From: an uncultured Atribacterota bacterium
GTDB taxonomy: Bacteria; Atribacterota; Phoenicimicrobiia; Phoenicimicrobiales; Stramentimicrobiaceae
Reading direction: 5' to 3'
DNA: 47,298 nt
NCBI GenBank assembly: GCA_964404675.1
Contig: CAYOLB010000294.1
Coordinates: 1-47,298, forward strand
The notes beneath the pieces were generated by a model. It saw only the letters and a program-made list of their open reading frames with translations. It ran no database searches and was not told the DNA's origin. The position numbers and the translations under genes are program-made. Positions 26,383 through 36,028 of this stretch are shown here, one piece after another; position 1 is the stretch's first letter, and the number at the start of each line of letters is the position of its first letter.

Positions 26383-28260
26383 ATGATACCTTTTAAAATA
26401 GAAAAAAACAAAAGAGAATTTTACAAGTTAATAATTTTATCTTTTTTATTGTTATTATTTTTGTCAATAATAACCTCGAATATTTCCGCTAAAGAAGAAT
26501 TTATTTTATTAGATGAAATTCATTCTGGCATGGAAGGAATTGGTAAAACTGTTTTTTCAGGAACAAAAGTTGAGGAATTTAATGTTCAGGTAATTGATGT
26601 AATTGCCGGTACAGGAATTGATGATGACTATATACTGGTTAAATTAAGCGGAGAGAAAATTGATAATAATGGCGGAATTTCTGCAGGAATGAGTGGCACT
26701 CCAGTTTATTTAAAAGAAAGATTAGCAGGAGCAATTTCCCATGCCTGGGAAATGAGTGAACATAATCTCTGCCTTGTGACACCAATTGAAAGAATGCTTA
26801 AGCTATTTAATTATATTAACTCTGATGGTAAAGTCGAGATAATTAATGATACAGATATTGGTGTAGTTTCTATTCCCTTAAATAATAGTTTGAAAAATAA
26901 TATTTCTGAAAAGATACCAGAATGCGAAGCTGAGTTTTTAGCTAAATCAAATGATGATGAAATTTATTCCTTGAGTTTTAGACAGATAAAATCCCCTTTA
27001 TTGATTAATGGTTTTAATGAAAGGGCACTGAGAAATATTGAGAGCAGCATAAATAGGCAATATAAACAGGAAATTGTAAAGATTTCGGATTTTCAAAAAT
27101 ATAATTCTATTCCGGATATTAATTCAGAGACAAGTACCATAGTTCCTGGTTCCTCAGTAGGTGTACAGTTATCTGCAGGAGATGCTAACGTGCTAACTAT
27201 TGGAACAGCTACCTACTGTAAAGGTGAGTACTTATTAGCTTTCGGTCATCCTTTTCTGCATTCCGGAGATGTTTCTTATTTATTATCTGCAGTTTACATA
27301 TACCACAGTTTTCCCAGTATTGTAATGCCATTTAAGTTAGGTTTCCCTTATAAGTTAGCAGGTATGGTTATACAGGATAGAGATGCCGGGATTTTGGCTT
27401 TTTTAAATAATTTTCCAAAGGTAGTATCATGTAAAGTGAGTGTTGGTGATATTGATAAAAATATTAATATTCAAAGGGGAACAAAAATAGTTACTCAAAA
27501 TGACTTAATAGAGAGCATTACCAGTGCCTTGATAATCGAAGCAATAGATAAGACAATTAATAGGATAGGACAGGGGACAGCAACCGTGCATCTTGAATTG
27601 CTTGCGGAAGAACCTGATGGGGAAATGATATATGAAAACATGTTTTTCAGTAAAGATGATATTGCAATACAATGTAGTAGCGATTTTGAGGAAATAATGG
27701 ATTTAGTGACGAATAACTATGGGGAAACGATTACCTTAAGTGAGATAAAAGTTGACATTAAAATAAGTGAAGATAATAAAAGTGCAATGATAACCGATGT
27801 CAAATTAAATAAAGAAGAATATCTACCAGGGGATATCATTGAAGCGGACATAATTATTAAACCATTTCGGAAACCAGAGGAAAGTAAATCTATAAAGCTT
27901 GAATTGCCTGATAACATGGAATCAGAAGAAGTAATATTAATTATCAGGGGAGGTACTTCAAGAGATTCACTAAATGATAAATCAGCCATATCTCAAGAGA
28001 AAGAAAAATACCTATTAAGTGGATGGGAAGACATTAAAAAGCAATTTCAAGAAAAAGTCAAGAATAATCAGGTTGTTGCTGAATTAATTCCCATAAATCA
28101 ACAAGAGCAAATATCATTAACCAATGAAGATAAATTGGTAGAGTCAACTAATAATGAAATAAAAAGAATTGTGGATACTAATTTTATTATTGAAGGATAT
28201 CATGAAACATATCTGAGTATTAAAAATGGAAAAAATAAAAATAAGGATAGAGATTTATGA
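26383..28260 (+). CDS. Exported SpoIVB-like peptidase S55 domain protein
   Basis: Signal peptide; GM.G.GKTVF.G..VE.F.V, GISAGMSGTPV Ser motif, GT.TY...LAFGHPF. Confidence 0.82.
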   Translation: MIPFKIEKNKREFYKLIILSFLLLLFLSIITSNISAKEEFILLDEIHSGMEGIGKTVFSGTKVEEFNVQVIDVIAGTGIDDDYILVKLSGEKIDNNGGISAGMSGTPVYLKERLAGAISHAWEMSEHNLCLVTPIERMLKLFNYINSDGKVEIINDTDIGVVSIPLNNSLKNNISEKIPECEAEFLAKSNDDEIYSLSFRQIKSPLLINGFNERALRNIESSINRQYKQEIVKISDFQKYNSIPDINSETSTIVPGSSVGVQLSAGDANVLTIGTATYCKGEYLLAFGHPFLHSGDVSYLLSAVYIYHSFPSIVMPFKLGFPYKLAGMVIQDRDAGILAFLNNFPKVVSCKVSVGDIDKNINIQRGTKIVTQNDLIESITSALIIEAIDKTINRIGQGTATVHLELLAEEPDGEMIYENMFFSKDDIAIQCSSDFEEIMDLVTNNYGETITLSEIKVDIKISEDNKSAMITDVKLNKEEYLPGDIIEADIIIKPFRKPEESKSIKLELPDNMESEEVILIIRGGTSRDSLNDKSAISQEKEKYLLSGWEDIKKQFQEKVKNNQVVAELIPINQQEQISLTNEDKLVESTNNEIKRIVDTNFIIEGYHETYLSIKNGKNKNKDRDL

Positions 28261-28964
28261 GTAATATAGCTATAATAGCTGCAGCAGGAAACGGAGAAAG
28301 ATTTCATTGTCACCATAGTAAAATGCTGGCAAAGATATTAGACAAACCAGTTCTTTCATATACATTAGATCAGTTTGAAAATTCAGAAGTAATTGATGAA
28401 ATAGTATTAGTTGTTCATCAAAAAGATATAAAATGTGTTAAGGATGAAATTATAAAAAAATATGATTATAATAAACTTTCTGCCATTGTATTAGGTGGGA
28501 TGAGCAGACAAGAGTCGGTATATCTTGGTTTGCAGTCAATTAAGAAGAAAGATGGTATTGCCTGTATTCATGATGGTGCTAGACCTTTGGTAGAAAAGTG
28601 GATGATTGAAGAAACTATAAAAATGACTGATTCGTACGATGGAACAATTATGGCAGTTCCAGTAATTGAAACAATAAAGAGAGTGTTTTTGCAGGATTAC
28701 CTGGTAGAAAAAACGGTAAATCGTGATGAATACTGGATTGTACAAACTCCACAGACTTTTAAATTAGATTATATAAGGGAAATGTATCAAAAGGCACAAA
28801 AAGATGGCTTAAAGGCTACTGATGATGCATCAATAGTTGAACACTATGGTGGAAATGTCAGAATTGTTTTAAGTACAAGAGAGAATATCAAGATAACTAC
28901 ATCTGTTGATATGGTGTTAGCAGAAATATTACTAAAAAAACGCCTTAAACAAAAAAATGATTAA
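28257..28964 (+). CDS. ispD: 2-C-methyl-D-erythritol 4-phosphate cytidylyltransferase
   Basis: AAAG.G.RF, GG.SRQESV, IHDGARP, VQTPQ.F, TDDAS, NIKIT. Confidence 0.93.
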   Translation: MSNIAIIAAAGNGERFHCHHSKMLAKILDKPVLSYTLDQFENSEVIDEIVLVVHQKDIKCVKDEIIKKYDYNKLSAIVLGGMSRQESVYLGLQSIKKKDGIACIHDGARPLVEKWMIEETIKMTDSYDGTIMAVPVIETIKRVFLQDYLVEKTVNRDEYWIVQTPQTFKLDYIREMYQKAQKDGLKATDDASIVEHYGGNVRIVLSTRENIKITTSVDMVLAEILLKKRLKQKND

Positions 28965-29835
28965 ACTGAGAAGTTATGCAAAAATAAATCTCTACCTAGA
29001 TGTAGGGGAAAAATTAAGTAATGGCTATCATAATATTGAGACATTGTTTCAAACAATTGATTTATTTGATGAAATAAGAATAGAAAAATTAGATAAACAA
29101 ATATACCAAATAAAATGTAATAATTCCGAAGTACCAATTGATAAAAATAGTTTAGTTTATCGAACAATTGAAATGATCCTGAGCGAAGAAAAATATGGAG
29201 TTGCAATATCTATAGATAAAAAAATACCATTAGCTGCAGGTTTAGGTGGGGGATCATCAAATGCTGCATCCATATTGCTTGGTATCTGCAAATTATTTGA
29301 TTTGAACATTAAAAAGGAAGCTATGTTAACCATGGCAACTAGTTTAGGTATGGATATTCCATTTTTCTTGGAAAGGGGGACTGTTTATGCCAGGGGAAGA
29401 GGTGAAGTACTGTTCCCACTTAAAGTAGAAGAAACCGCATTACAGTTAGTCTTAGTTAATCCAGGTATTAAGATATCGACAAAATGGGCATATCAAGTAT
29501 TCGATGAAGAGAACAGAGATAGTACTCAGGAAAATAAAGTAGATATTTTAAAACATATAAGACGAAAAAAAATAATATCGTTATCTGAAATAAGTGAATA
29601 TGTATATAATAGATTTGATGCAATTATATGTAAAGAATATCCGATAATTAAAGAGATTAAGGATAGATTACTGGAATTGGGAGCAATTTCTGCTACAATA
29701 TCCGGGAGTGGTCCCACAGTATATGGGATTTTAAATAACGAGAATAAAGCAGATTATGCTTATAAAATATTAAAAAAAGAATATCCTTTTGTATCTAAAA
29801 CAACGACTGTAAGAGCAAAGAAAATATTTTTTTGA
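28957..29835 (+). CDS. ispE: 4-diphosphocytidyl-2-C-methyl-D-erythritol kinase
   Basis: AKINLYL.V, GYH.I, KKIP.AAGLGGGSSNAA, DIPFF, SGSGP.V. Confidence 0.93.
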   Translation: MIKLRSYAKINLYLDVGEKLSNGYHNIETLFQTIDLFDEIRIEKLDKQIYQIKCNNSEVPIDKNSLVYRTIEMILSEEKYGVAISIDKKIPLAAGLGGGSSNAASILLGICKLFDLNIKKEAMLTMATSLGMDIPFFLERGTVYARGRGEVLFPLKVEETALQLVLVNPGIKISTKWAYQVFDEENRDSTQENKVDILKHIRRKKIISLSEISEYVYNRFDAIICKEYPIIKEIKDRLLELGAISATISGSGPTVYGILNNENKADYAYKILKKEYPFVSKTTTVRAKKIFF

Positions 29836-29875
29836 AAATAATTATCAATATAATCTCAAGGAGCATACATAATAA

Positions 29876-30352
29876 ATGAAAGTTGGTTTTGGCTATGATA
29901 TACATCGACTGAAAAAAGGAGAAAAGCTTATTTTAGGAGGGGAAGAAATATCCTATGCAAAAGGTCTAGAGGGCCACTCTGATGCAGATGCAATTTTACA
30001 TGCATTAATGGATGCCTTATTAGGTGCTTCTGGTCAGGAAGATATAGGGGTTCTTTTCCCGGATAATGAGCCAAAATATAAAAATATTTCAAGCGTACAT
30101 TTGCTTGCAGAAGTAAAAAGGCTGCTGGATAAGAAAAAATATGATATTAGTAATATAGATATCACAGTAGTCTTGGAAAAGCCAAAGATATCTCCATATT
30201 ATAGTAAAATGAGAAATAATATTGCCAATGTATTGCAACTGCCTATAGAAGACATTAATATAAAGGCTTCCACGAATGAAGGAATAGGAACGATAGGTAA
30301 AGAAGAAGCAATTGCTGTATTTTGTGTTGTATTGCTAGAAAAAAAATGCTAA
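29876..30352 (+). CDS. ispF: 2-C-methyl-D-erythritol 2,4-cyclodiphosphate synthase
   Basis: GFGYDIH, GHSDAD..LHAL.DALLGA, DIG..FPD. Confidence 0.94.
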   Translation: MKVGFGYDIHRLKKGEKLILGGEEISYAKGLEGHSDADAILHALMDALLGASGQEDIGVLFPDNEPKYKNISSVHLLAEVKRLLDKKKYDISNIDITVVLEKPKISPYYSKMRNNIANVLQLPIEDINIKASTNEGIGTIGKEEAIAVFCVVLLEKKC

Positions 30353-30446
30353 TGAATTTATAATTACTATTGTAAATGCTATAAAATGGAATTCTGTAAT
30401 ATATAATTAAATTATTTAGCAATAAAAAATAAAAGGAGAGGTAAAA

Positions 30447-30812
30447 ATGAATCAGAAAGACCAGGAAAATATTAATAATAGTGAAAATAATAGTGAAAAC
30501 CAAAAATTATATCCACATCAATTGCCATTAACGACATTATTTACCTGGTTTATTGGTATCTTGAATGGTAAGGCATGGGAGTATTTGGGATTGATGATGA
30601 ACCCTGAAACAAAAGAAGTAAACCAGGATTTGCAAAAAGCAAGAATATCGATAGATAGTATAGAATTCTTATTTGAACAAATCAAAGGCGAACTTCAAAA
30701 AGATGAAAACGTTCAGCTAGAAAACCTTTTGGCAAATTTACAAATGAATTTTGTAGAAAAGACTAAAGAAAGCAATCAGAAAAAGGAAAATAAGGAAAAT
30801 AAAAATAAATAA
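30447..30812 (+). CDS. DUF1844 domain protein
   Basis: AW.YLGL..NP.T....DL.KA..SID...NLQMNFV; AAGGAG RBS. Confidence 0.75.
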   Translation: MNQKDQENINNSENNSENQKLYPHQLPLTTLFTWFIGILNGKAWEYLGLMMNPETKEVNQDLQKARISIDSIEFLFEQIKGELQKDENVQLENLLANLQMNFVEKTKESNQKKENKENKNK

Positions 30813-30863
30813 TAATTAAAATTATCTATTCTTATGGGAAGCTACCGGAGAAGGAGTGTATTT

Positions 30864-31868
30864 ATGACTATTAAGTCAAGATTGAAAAAAAATTTCTGCT
30901 ATGAAGTATTGCTTATTTTATTTATTTGTTTTGTTTTTACTAACATTTCTTCCATGGCTCAAGATGCCAGAAAATATTATGAAGATGCATACCAATTTTT
31001 TTCTCAGAAAGAGTATCAAAAGGCTGAAGAAAATTATCTTAAGGCTATTGAGTTAGATCCAAATTTTGAAGATGCTCATTATTGGCTGGGAAAAGTTTAT
31101 CGTCAATCAGGACAATATGATAAAGCTGTTCCTCAATGGATCGAAGTTTTAAAAATTAATCCCAGAAATCCTTATGCCTTTAGATATTTGAATGAGAGTT
31201 TTCGTGGGACACCACATGTACAGAATGGAGATGCTGATGATTACTATCATAAAGCTCTAGAGATGCTGGAGATTTCAGAAGATGTATTCCTAAATGAAAA
31301 CCAATATAATAATGTAACCCTACTACAAGTTACTCCATATTTTAAAAAGGCAATTGAATTAAATGAAGGCTTGATAGGTGCTCATTATTGGCTAGCGGAG
31401 GTTTATTATGCTTTATCAGAAAAAATAAGCTGGCAGTATACCTCTATGGCAATTAATAGTTTTGAAAAAGCAATACAGATTGAGGAAAAAAAGGAAAATA
31501 TTTTTCAAAGGCCATCTGAATACTGGTGTTCATATCAGGAATTAATAGGGATATTTCAATCATTAGGATTAAATGAAAGAAGAGATAATTTATTAAATAA
31601 ATTACACGAGGTAAAAAGTAAACCTTATCAAGAAGTATTGAAGAATGCAGGATATGAAGATTATGGTTACCCCGATAGTATTGAAATAATCAAAGACAAC
31701 AAAGAACTAATTGAGCTATGGGAGTATATTGAAGAGGGAAAAGTTTTCAGGGTTGTCGATAAAGAAATAGTGGGTGAAGAGATAACCTATGAACAACATC
31801 CACAAGAAACTACTGTAACCGAGGAATACATTGAAGAGGAAGTTGTGGATGATGAAGACGAATTGTAG
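30864..31868 (+). CDS. Exported tetratricopeptide repeat protein with acidic C-terminal tail
   Basis: AAGGAG RBS before ATG 30864; signal peptide; TPRs (KAIELDPNF.DAHYWLG); tail EEEVVDDEDEL. Confidence 0.75.
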   Translation: MTIKSRLKKNFCYEVLLILFICFVFTNISSMAQDARKYYEDAYQFFSQKEYQKAEENYLKAIELDPNFEDAHYWLGKVYRQSGQYDKAVPQWIEVLKINPRNPYAFRYLNESFRGTPHVQNGDADDYYHKALEMLEISEDVFLNENQYNNVTLLQVTPYFKKAIELNEGLIGAHYWLAEVYYALSEKISWQYTSMAINSFEKAIQIEEKKENIFQRPSEYWCSYQELIGIFQSLGLNERRDNLLNKLHEVKSKPYQEVLKNAGYEDYGYPDSIEIIKDNKELIELWEYIEEGKVFRVVDKEIVGEEITYEQHPQETTVTEEYIEEEVVDDEDEL

Positions 31869-32484
31869 AGAAAAAATAGAAGATAAAAATAATACTAAAA
31901 ATGTGCGTATAGGTATAATGGGCGGAGTGTTTGATCCCATCCATATAGGTCACCTTTTTACTGCAGAAGAAGCTAGGATAAATTATTGTTTGGATAAAGT
32001 AATATTTGTGCCTTGCTTAAATCCCACACATAAAAGAAATGACCAGGTGACAGATGTCAGGCATCGTCTAAAAATGTCTTATCTTGCAACTGACAGTAAT
32101 CCATATTTTGAGGTTTCAAAAATAGAAATTAATCGTTCCGGACCATCTTATACTATTGATACGATAAAAGAGTTTCGTAGGATTTATGGATGGGATGCAA
32201 AGATATTTTTTATAACAGGTGCCGATGCTTTTTTAGAAATAGAAACATGGTATAAGAAAGAAGAATTACTAACAATGTGTCAATTTGTAGCTGCAACAAG
32301 ACCTGGCTATGATCTACACAAATTAAATAATAATTTTAAAGAAATATTAAAGATAATGGAAATTCCTTTATTGGCAATTTCATCAACTGATATAAGAAAT
32401 AGGATTAGAAATGGTTTAAGTATTAAATATATTGTTTTAGAAGAAGTAAGAGATTATATTTACAGAAATAAATTATATTTATAA
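31849..32484 (+). CDS. nadD: Nicotinate-nucleotide adenylyltransferase
   Basis: GG.FDPIHIGH, SYTIDT, FITGAD, ISST.IR; start codon uncertain. Confidence 0.93.
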   Translation: MMKTNCREKIEDKNNTKNVRIGIMGGVFDPIHIGHLFTAEEARINYCLDKVIFVPCLNPTHKRNDQVTDVRHRLKMSYLATDSNPYFEVSKIEINRSGPSYTIDTIKEFRRIYGWDAKIFFITGADAFLEIETWYKKEELLTMCQFVAATRPGYDLHKLNNNFKEILKIMEIPLLAISSTDIRNRIRNGLSIKYIVLEEVRDYIYRNKLYL

Positions 32485-32515
32485 AAAAATAAATTATTGG
32501 GATAAAGTATTATTA

Positions 32516-33094
32516 ATGAATTCAGATTTACAGCAGATTGATTCTTATTTAAAAAAACATCTAAGTAAAGACCGTTACCAGCATTCTTGGCAGGTTAGCA
32601 ATTTGGCAGGGAAAATTGCAAGCTATTATAAGGTATCTTCTGAAAAAGCTAAGTTATTGGGATTAATTCATGATTGTGCGAAAGATTTTTCAAGATATAA
32701 GCTAAAAATATTTATAAAAAAGTATAATATTAATTTGACTAAAACTGAGGAAAATATTCCAGGTTTATGGCATGCCTATGTAGGAGCTGAAATGGCAAGA
32801 TATCTGTTTAATATCCAAGATGCAGAAATCTTAGACGCAATTAAGTACCATAGCACTGCCTCTAGGAAATTGACTTTGTTAGGGAAAATTCTCTACATTG
32901 CAGACAAAATTGAACCAGACAGAAAAGAGGCAAGCTTAAACAATGCAAGAAAAATGATTTGGGATGATATTGATTTAACCATGTTAGAATTACTTAATCA
33001 GGAGCTAAAAAGTCTTATTTGTAGAAATTTAATTATTCATCCTGAAACCTTGTATACAAGGAACAAAATTTTAAATGATAAAGGTATAGTTTAA
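32516..33094 (+). CDS. yqeK: HD-domain Ap4A hydrolase YqeK
   Basis: RY.HS..V, IHD.AK, H..VGA, AI.YH, YIADKIEP.R; follows nadD. Confidence 0.88.
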   Translation: MNSDLQQIDSYLKKHLSKDRYQHSWQVSNLAGKIASYYKVSSEKAKLLGLIHDCAKDFSRYKLKIFIKKYNINLTKTEENIPGLWHAYVGAEMARYLFNIQDAEILDAIKYHSTASRKLTLLGKILYIADKIEPDRKEASLNNARKMIWDDIDLTMLELLNQELKSLICRNLIIHPETLYTRNKILNDKGIV

Positions 33095-33097
33095 AGG

Positions 33098-34258
33098 ATG
33101 AGCAGAGTAGAGAGAAAAAAAAGACTAATTAAAAAAGGCAAAAAAAAGTATTTGCAAATATCTGTCCTTATTATATTAGTGATTATTTGTTTTGGTTTTT
33201 TATATTTATTTAATATATTCCCCTTTGGGTCTGATATTTTAGCACATGAGAGACTAAATATTCTGGCTGTGGGAACTGACACTGTTGAAAGTAAAGGAAG
33301 GGCAGATACAATATTCATATTGAGCCTGTCCCCTAAAACAAAAGATACAATATTATTTTCTATTCCTAGAGATACAAGGGTAATGGTACCAGGCAGAGGA
33401 ATGGACAAGATAAACCATGCATTTGCTTATGGCGATATTGAATTATTGCAAGAAACAATTGAGAATTTTATGGGAATCTCGATTCATCATTATGGAGTAG
33501 TTGATTTCGAAGGGTTTCAATATATAATTGATGCCTTGGGTGGTGTCAAGATTAATGTTGAAAAAGATATGTATTATGTAGATCAAGCAGGCTCTTTAAA
33601 GATCAATCTACATAGTGGAGAGCAAGTTTTAGATGGGCAAGGGGCATTAGACTATGTAAGGTTCAGATTTGATCAACTTGGTGACTTGGGAAGAATAGAG
33701 AGACAGCAAAAACTTATTAATGCAGTAATAGATAAAGTTATGAACTTTGATATAATGGTTAAATTGCCAAATATAGTTTCAAGCTTGACAGAATATATCA
33801 AAACAAATATGAAGCCAAATGAAATAATAACCCTGGCAAGATTATTAAAGGAAATTGATAGAAATAAAATATGGATTGAAACTATAAAAGGGGAACCGCA
33901 ATACATAGACCGGGTAAGTTATTTAGTTGTGGATGCGGAAAAAGTGCAAAATCGTGTTAAATATTTAATTGAAAACAAACAGAGAGGGCTTAGTGTGGAA
34001 GTACTTAATGGTAATAAGATGCCTGGTATAGCTCACAGTGTAGCAAATAAGTTAGCAGAATTGGGATTCAACGTTGTAAATGTAGATAATGCTGATAGCT
34101 TTGATTATCAAAAAACAGTTTTAATTATTTATTCTAAAGAAGTACAAATAGATGATTACATCAAACAGTACCTTGGAGATATTGATATTATCAGGAAGGA
34201 ACAACCGCAGAGTGAAGTAGATATGACTATAATAATAGGTAAGAATATGCTATACTAA
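33098..34258 (+). CDS. LCP (LytR-CpsA-Psr) family protein with LytR_C domain
   Basis: TM; NIL..G.D, RADTI, SIPRDT, KINHAFAYG, YVRFR..GDLGRI.RQQ; C-terminal VEVLNG...G.A. Confidence 0.9.
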   Translation: MSRVERKKRLIKKGKKKYLQISVLIILVIICFGFLYLFNIFPFGSDILAHERLNILAVGTDTVESKGRADTIFILSLSPKTKDTILFSIPRDTRVMVPGRGMDKINHAFAYGDIELLQETIENFMGISIHHYGVVDFEGFQYIIDALGGVKINVEKDMYYVDQAGSLKINLHSGEQVLDGQGALDYVRFRFDQLGDLGRIERQQKLINAVIDKVMNFDIMVKLPNIVSSLTEYIKTNMKPNEIITLARLLKEIDRNKIWIETIKGEPQYIDRVSYLVVDAEKVQNRVKYLIENKQRGLSVEVLNGNKMPGIAHSVANKLAELGFNVVNVDNADSFDYQKTVLIIYSKEVQIDDYIKQYLGDIDIIRKEQPQSEVDMTIIIGKNMLY

Positions 34259-34398
34259 ACCAGTGTAATTTATGTTTTAAAGCAAGATAACTAGAAAAAA
34301 ACATTGGGATAGCAGGTAAACCAGACATCTATTGATAATACTAAAGTATATTATTTTTATTTTAAGTAAATTGAAAATATAAAGAAGGAGCAGCATGA

Positions 34399-34746
34399 TT
34401 GTATAAAAAGGTTAAAGATTTAACGTTATTCTTGGCCAAATTATTAGATGAAAAGAAAGCACAAGATACTATTATCCTTGATATTAAGAAAATTTCTTTT
34501 ATAGCTGATTATTTTATAATTACAACGGCACAATCTCCAGCTCACTTGAAAGCACTTTTTAAGTTTGTTCTTGAAAACATTAAGGACAAAAATATTAATA
34601 GAAACGTTAAGTGCGAGGGAAGTCCCCAAACAGGATGGATATTAATCGATTGTGGTGATGTTGTAATTCACATATTTTCTGAAAGTAAAAGAAATTATTA
34701 TAATTTAGAGTATATTTGGCAGGAAGCAAAAAGAGTCTCTTTATAG
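34399..34746 (+). CDS. rsfS: Ribosome silencing factor
   Basis: KKA.D...LD, ADYFII.T, WILID.GDVVIHIF, R.YY.LE..W; TTG start after AAGGAG. Confidence 0.93.
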   Translation: MYKKVKDLTLFLAKLLDEKKAQDTIILDIKKISFIADYFIITTAQSPAHLKALFKFVLENIKDKNINRNVKCEGSPQTGWILIDCGDVVIHIFSESKRNYYNLEYIWQEAKRVSL

Positions 34747-34830
34747 AATTGTATTTAAATATGTTTAATAACTTTATAAAAATAGGTAGTTTCGGAAATT
34801 AGTACCGAAGAATTATGAAGGGGGTCAATT

Positions 34831-35232
34831 ATGGGTGCTACTAATAAAAATACTGGTCAATGGCTTTTTGGATTAATTATTCTTATTATTGGCATTATAT
34901 TTTTACTAGAAAATATTTTTGGCTTTAAGATATGGGAAAGTATTTGGTTATTCTGGCCTGTCATTTTTATATTATGGGGATTGGTAGAAATCTTTCAGAA
35001 AAAGTCTATTTTCTTTGGTGTAATACTACTTGCTATTGGTGTAATCTTTATAGCAAAAAACTTCGATCTTTATTTGATATCTGAATCAGTCTGGAGATTC
35101 TGGCCAGTCATAATTATTGCCGTAGGAATCGATCAAATATTTAAAAGACCTGAAGTAGGTTATTTTAAAGGAAATACAAAAACTCGAAAAGGGAAAAAGG
35201 AAACAGTTATTCAGGATGATGAAATTATCTAA
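34831..35232 (+). CDS. DUF5668 / LiaF-like transmembrane protein
   Basis: Two internal repeats of G..L..IG..F...N....W.FWPV..I..G. Confidence 0.7.
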   Translation: MGATNKNTGQWLFGLIILIIGIIFLLENIFGFKIWESIWLFWPVIFILWGLVEIFQKKSIFFGVILLAIGVIFIAKNFDLYLISESVWRFWPVIIIAVGIDQIFKRPEVGYFKGNTKTRKGKKETVIQDDEII

Positions 35233-35265
35233 ATTGGAAAATATTTTTCAGATTGGTAAGACAAA

Positions 35266-35949
35266 ATGATTGGTACAATTGTAAATAGTCTGGCAATTGT
35301 TGTAGGTTGTTTTCTAGGTTTAATATTAAAAGGACGATTCCCCGATAGATTAAGAATAATACTCTTTCAGGGTATAGGATTAACTACATTAATGATTGGA
35401 GTTCAGATGGCTATTCAGGGGACAAAAGTCTTACCTATTATTTTATCACTGGTAATAGGCGGGATAATTGGAGAGACTATAGATATTGAGAAAAGACTAG
35501 ACCAGCTTGGCAATAGAATAAAAAAATTGTTTAAGAACCAAAAAGGTAAAGAGAGCTTTACGGAAGGCTTTATTACTGCCAGCTTACTTTTTTGTGTAGG
35601 TTCTATGGCAGTTATGGGGGCAATAGAAGAGGGAATAAGTGGTAATCCAGATATCCTATTAGCAAAATCAGCCCTGGACGGAGTATCTTCGATAATTTTT
35701 GCTGCCTCATTGGGTATAGGAGTTTTGTTCTCTGCTGTCCCTGTTTTTGTTTATCAAGGCACTGTTACACAAATTGCTTATTTAATTAAAAATTATATTA
35801 CCGCAGATATGATTAATGAAATGACTGCTGTTGGAGGAATACTAATTATCGGTTTATCTTTAGGTATTTTAGAAATAAAAAAAATAAAAGTAGGTAATTT
35901 ATTACCATCTCTAATAATTATACTTATTTTTACATCTATAAAAATATGA
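35266..35949 (+). CDS. DUF554 membrane protein
   Basis: GTIVN..AI..G, GF.TASLLFCVG.MA, KS.LDG, NLLP. Confidence 0.85.
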   Translation: MIGTIVNSLAIVVGCFLGLILKGRFPDRLRIILFQGIGLTTLMIGVQMAIQGTKVLPIILSLVIGGIIGETIDIEKRLDQLGNRIKKLFKNQKGKESFTEGFITASLLFCVGSMAVMGAIEEGISGNPDILLAKSALDGVSSIIFAASLGIGVLFSAVPVFVYQGTVTQIAYLIKNYITADMINEMTAVGGILIIGLSLGILEIKKIKVGNLLPSLIIILIFTSIKI

Positions 35950-36028
35950 AAGTATTAAAGGTTTGACATAATTATTGGTTTTTACAAATTAGATTAAGAA
36001 AATAGAAAGAGTATGAAGGAGAATTTGA

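Noticed and set aside
35963-35995. Promoter for pgk
   Set aside because: TTGACA is present but there is no acceptable -10 at 16-18 nt spacing
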